Of a stretch of 57,661 nucleotides of DNA, positions 53,062 to 57,661 are shown piece after piece. The stretch lies in assembly GCF_001194135.2 (NCBI RefSeq), contig NC_068981.1, positions 152,387,151 to 152,444,811 of the forward strand. Direction: 5' to 3'. A model generated the notes under the pieces. That model was not told where the DNA came from. It made no database searches and worked only from the letters and a program-made list of their open reading frames with translations. Each line of letters starts with the position of its first letter. Within the stretch, counting starts at the first letter, position 1. The position numbers were made by a program, and so were the translations under genes. Source of the DNA: Octopus bimaculoides. Taxonomy: Eukaryota.

Positions 53062-53400
53062 ACTAGCCTGTCCCTATTCACCGATCTCTGTTAACTTGGA
53101 CATATTAAAAGTGAGTGTGATAGGGCGATATGTTGCCTTACTTAGGAATGAGACACACTTTAATCTTTCTCTTTATATAGGGATCTACCTTGCAGAGAGG
53201 GAGAGATCGAAGAGTTCAGTAAGTGTAGAGGATTATTCCTGGACGCAATATTTGAGAGTAATGGAAGGGACACTGTCAGGACCAGCGGTTTTGATGGTTT
53301 GAAGTAACCGAAGGTGTTTTTGCGTTTGGCACCTGAATACGGATTTTACCTGCATTTTGTTTATATGTAGGTTTCATGAGATTTTTTCCTTGATATGTGC
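53062..53400 (-). mobile_element. Same LINE, reverse transcriptase N-terminal remnant (element may extend to about 54150)
   Basis: KTAGPDSVPSITLKYCVQE*SSTLTELFDLSLS...YRPITLT matches the AxGPD...YRPISL motifs of RT domains 0-1. Confidence 0.7.
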
Positions 53401-54565
53401 AATGTTTATGTTCTGATGCCGTTGAATGATATAAGGTTGTCATAACCCCTTTAGAGAAAGTTTTTGAGGCTTTTGTTCATGAAAGTCTAGTGTAAAGTCT
53501 TTAGAATACTTCTTCGTGGTTTCTAACTTTAGGTTAAAGGAGGAAAAGTAGTATAAAATGCGTAGGGTTGTGTGCCATCGGAAGTTATAGAGCGAAGGTC
53601 ATTGGGAAGAAACAGTTAGAACCAGAGTAACTTGAATTCTTTTACTAACAATCAGGTGAAAGAATTTAATGGTGAGTGGGGAAGTAGGTGCTGAAGCTAC
53701 TTTTGGGAAAGATATTATATAGAGCTTGATGGGCTTCTCTAAATGAATTAGAGAAGAGCCAGCCTCTCGCGTCGTTACTCTCTGGTTCAAGCTTTATTAT
53801 TTCTGGAGATGGGAAGCATTTTATTAATAATAAATGGTACTACCGAGGAAAGAGTATAAACAAGAACAGTGAGACGAGAATTTTTATAATCCGCTAACCA
53901 CTGAGTGTTTTTGCTACCACAAATCGACTCAACTGCTTGCAAAAGTGAACTCTGTTAAAGATAATCGAGAGTCAAAAAGTGGTCTTAACCCAGACAGTGT
54001 ATTAGAATTACCACCGAGAAAAAGAGAACTGTATCGTACTGTGAATAGCAGACAGTTTTGTCCTAGACAAGCAATTTTCATTTCAAAAGCTGCCTTAAAT
54101 ATAAATGCCAAGGATCATTTATTTAAAACTCTTATTAATTTAGCTGCATGTATCATATACTAACATACTTTTTAATAAAATAACGAAATTTAGAAAGTTA
54201 TGAGCAACAGTAATAACTTTGCTTTCATAGCATGAGTGAATTTACGTAACTGTTACACTTTTATAAAATTCTTGAGTAATTTTTAATCGTTTCTACTTAG
54301 ATATTTTACTTGTTTAGTTCCAAGTCAACCTTGATCGAACATATCTATGATCAAAAGCATTCCAGTCGTGACGATTTAGTTTCTTATAAGTGTATTTTCT
54401 TTTTTTAAATGGTAAATTTGATCTGAGGGAGTTTGACTGTTGTTTGTAACAGGTCCAACGACCACATACATGCCCCCCCCCACCGTACTTTACTTGTACT
54501 ACACATGGATGAAACAAGTTCAAACATTTGTTCAACTGTTCATAATCAGCGGCAATTATAAATCA

Positions 54566-54700
54566 GGCGCATGCTTGTCGTAATGGTTAAAGTCACTTCA
54601 CCACTATTTGGTTAGGGTTCGATTCCACTGCATAGCATCTTGGACATGTGTTTTCTAGCATAATTTTAGGTCAAACTGGGATTTGATAGATGAATATGAT
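54566..54700 (+). mobile_element. Degraded SINE family A head
   Basis: aggcgcatgcttgtcgtaatggttaaa...gggttcgattccactgcatagcatcttggacatgtg. Confidence 0.6.
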
Positions 54701-55583
54701 AGGGAAACCGTCGTTTTATACAGCCAGTAGATTGTGATTAAGCTGGAGCACGGCCAACATACACACACACATGCGTATGTATGTATACATACTGTGCGAA
54801 AAACAAAAATAAGCCGTAGTGGAGTCACCAGAATGTAGTGTGTTTTTGTTGAGTGTCGATGCGATAGGCATGTGTTTGCCTGAGAAATGACAAAGTGATA
54901 ACTGGTTCAATTATAACATTTTTATTAGCTGGAGTTAATAAATACTAATTGCCACTACAATCAATTTTGACAACTTGCTTCGAGTTGCTAGACAAATGAT
55001 GGAACCAGGATATCTTCGTGTGTGTGTGTGTGTGTGTTCGTTCTCTCATCTTGCTTGGCCGGCGAAAAATCTCTGTCTCACATTAGCAGAGGTCTCATAG
55101 TAGCAGTCTCCCTGTCTGTCTGTCCCTGTGTGTTGCTGACCACTCTATTTATAAGAATCGTGGCAGCTAGAAGGACATACATACTGCAGCAGAGTTTGTA
55201 CCTAAATAGGTCAGATGCTGACCAGTTGAACTTCGCCTGACATTATAAGGTCGAAGGTTAAAGGGAGATGATCGATNNNNNNNNNNNNNNNNNNNNNNNN
55301 NNNNNNNNNNNNNNNNNNNNNNNNNNNNNNNNNNNNNNNNNNNNNNNNNNNNNNNNNNNNNNNNNNNNNNNNNNNNNNNNNNNNNNNNNNNNNNNNNNNN
55401 NNNNNNNNNNNNNNNNNNNNNNNNNNNNNNNNNNNNNNNNNNNNNNNNNNNNNNNNNNNNNNNNNNNNNNNNNNNNNNNNNNNNNNNNNNNNNNNNNNNN
55501 NNNNNNNNNNNNNNNNNNNNNNNNNNNNNNNNNNNNNNNNNNNNNNNNNNNNNNNNNNNNNNNNNNAGTAAATCAGTGATAGG

Positions 55584-56256
55584 GGATCCTTGGGGTTTGA
55601 CGGGCAACATTTGTTTTCTTAACGAAACACTTTCAAACTTGGGACACTGATAGAATGTGTCATATAAAACAACTTCTTCTCTTAACCTTCTTAACAAAAT
55701 TTTGTACATCGCAAGTTATTTCATGTTAAAGTTGTCGTATTTCTGTAATTTCAACCAATTCAGCTGAATAAAGTTACTGCTGGCCGGTCATAAAAATGTT
55801 ATTCCCTGTGACATATTTCATCCGGTTTAATCGTAATTTATATGCATATATTGTTTATATAATAAATTACGCTGTGCGTATCTGTGTGTGTAACAATTTT
55901 AGAGTTCGGACTCTAGAGTTAGGGTTAGTTTAGCTCCAATAACAAGTGCAGGCAATATTCAAGTATTTTGATGGCTTTTTTCCTTTTGTTTACGAAGTCT
56001 AGTTAATCGGAAATGTCTGAACTAACGGGGATTAATACGATATACACCTTTACAGCGCTAACTGTTTTCAACTGAATAGACGTCAGTGATTAGTTGAAAT
56101 TATCGAAATAAGACAATTTTTAACGTGAAATAACTTCGAATACAAAATTTTTTATCTGTTCTATACCACAAAATATACAAGTATACGAAGTTTGAAAGTG
56201 TTTCGGTACCAAAAACACTACATAAAAAAGGTTGCCCGTCAAACCCCCAAAGATCC
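55584..56256. mobile_element. Merlin-like non-autonomous DNA transposon
   Basis: TIRs GGATCCTTGGGGTTTGACGGGCAAC / GTTGCCCGTCAAACCCCCAAAGATCC; perfect 8-bp TSD GTGATAGG; GG...CC termini. Confidence 0.75.
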
Positions 56257-56808
56257 GTGATAGGCTCGTTGATAAAGCTGTTTTTCTCCAATTGCGATAT
56301 AAAATAACTAAGAGGGGTTTAACATTTGATACTTTGCAGCATTTTCCATTATGAATTTTCACAAATTCTTTAAAAATTTAAGTGGGAGAGGATTACAGTC
56401 AGAATCTACAGCTTGAGGAAATTTTAAGAAATTAATAATAACTCTTAAAAACAGTTATTTGTTTATTGTTCTGATACTTTAAAATATATATTTAGACTTA
56501 CTGAAATCTTTCGGTGCTTCAAAATAATCTATTGCATTAAGCAACTCAGTCTTAATGCATGAATCATCAAAAGTGAAAGAAAGTGTAAAGTGCTGTCTGC
56601 TAACGTAAGTATCAAGTTAAAAAAAGAAACGGTGTAAATAATGCAAATTATGGTGAAAGATAAGGTTCTTTGAGAGTGGCCTGACTTTTGAAAAGACAAA
56701 ACAATGTAAACAGTTATATGAAGCTTTATAAAATGTATTCTTTTTATGGCTTAGTCAGAGGAGGAAGGGTAGCGCTTGAGACTGTTTTCGGAGCTTGCGA
56801 TACTGGTA

Positions 56809-56905
56809 GGAGGAAGTTATCCTCCGACCGACCTGACTCGAATTGCATGCAATGAGTCGACTCCGCTAAAGATATCAGATGGCGGTGTGAAACCAGGCGG
56901 AGGAT
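56809..56905. other. Compact GC-rich multi-stem element of unknown type
   Basis: Nested inverted repeats ATCCTCCG/CGGAGGAT, CCTG/CAGG, ACTC/GAGT around the palindrome ATTGCATGCAAT, and CCGC/GCGG. Confidence 0.35.
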
Positions 56906-57661
56906 TAAGCCTAAACAGGAGTTATTTAGGAATGTGTGTTTATATTTCTGTATGTGATTTCCTTATCACTTGTAGGACCAGAGTGCTGGATCAAGAAGTT
57001 TTAACGATGCAACTTCGAATTATTGTATAGTTTTGTTTAGAGAGCCACCTCAGAGGTCAATGTTTTGTATACTGTCACTACCACTTCATTGCATCTGTGA
57101 CCGAAATACTTCGTTTAAACACACTTAACTGTAAATACGTAGTGCAGGTTGTGGAGAGCAACGTGCTTCGCCAGCATTATAATACTGATGAATGCTTCGG
57201 TAGCTTAGAGATTAGAGTTCAAATCCCACTGTGGATATAGCTAGGAGAGAAATGATTCCTGCCAAGCTCACTTGCATTAGATAGAGTGCAAATTCTTCAG
57301 TAGAGCATCTACGACCAAATGCTTATTATATTTATACCAGTTTACTGGAAGAATCAAAGTGGGTCAGCTGCCTGAATATCAGTTAAGACCAATGATTTAT
57401 CTCGTATCACTGGTGTCGTGAGTGTTATGTTTCCCTCGGACTGACTCGCAGAGATAACATAACGAGTTATACAATTTAATTATTACATTTATTGTTCAAT
57501 TACATACAAAGAACGCACTCACCCAATGTTCGTTATGAATAAACAAAAGTCATGTCCGCCATATATATATCAATGACATTTTACTACGACAGTCCCACAA
57601 GACAACAACAATGAAACAATGAACTCAGACGAATTACATATCTAACAGTCCATATAACAGT

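Overview
Eukaryotic, AT-rich, repeat-dense genomic DNA with about ten N-gaps and many CA/TA/GATA microsatellites. The tRNA-derived SINE families and microsatellite load look like an Octopus genome; this is inferred from pattern recognition, not a database hit. Only one host coding exon is well supported: a minus-strand I-set immunoglobulin exon (19511-19797) with clean splice sites. A phase-compatible candidate terminal exon lies at 9259-9698. The rest is largely intronic or intergenic and filled with decayed mobile elements: several SINE families, a Penelope-like element with an inverted pLTR and a nested solo LTR, RTE, HERO-like, CRE-like and Jockey/I-group LINE relics, four Tc1/mariner relics, and hAT and Merlin MITEs. 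The most notable signal is three separate hammerhead-ribozyme-like motifs. One is a minimal type I motif (25801-25836). Two more sit head-to-head in a 179-bp palindrome (44853-45031). A third, inside a TATA-bearing insert at about 41522-41855, has all three stems and both core motifs but in a strand order matching none of the standard hammerhead types I, II or III. Most ORFs in the supplied track are microsatellite or N-gap artefacts. Boundaries of decayed elements are approximate, and all folds and translations were done by hand.
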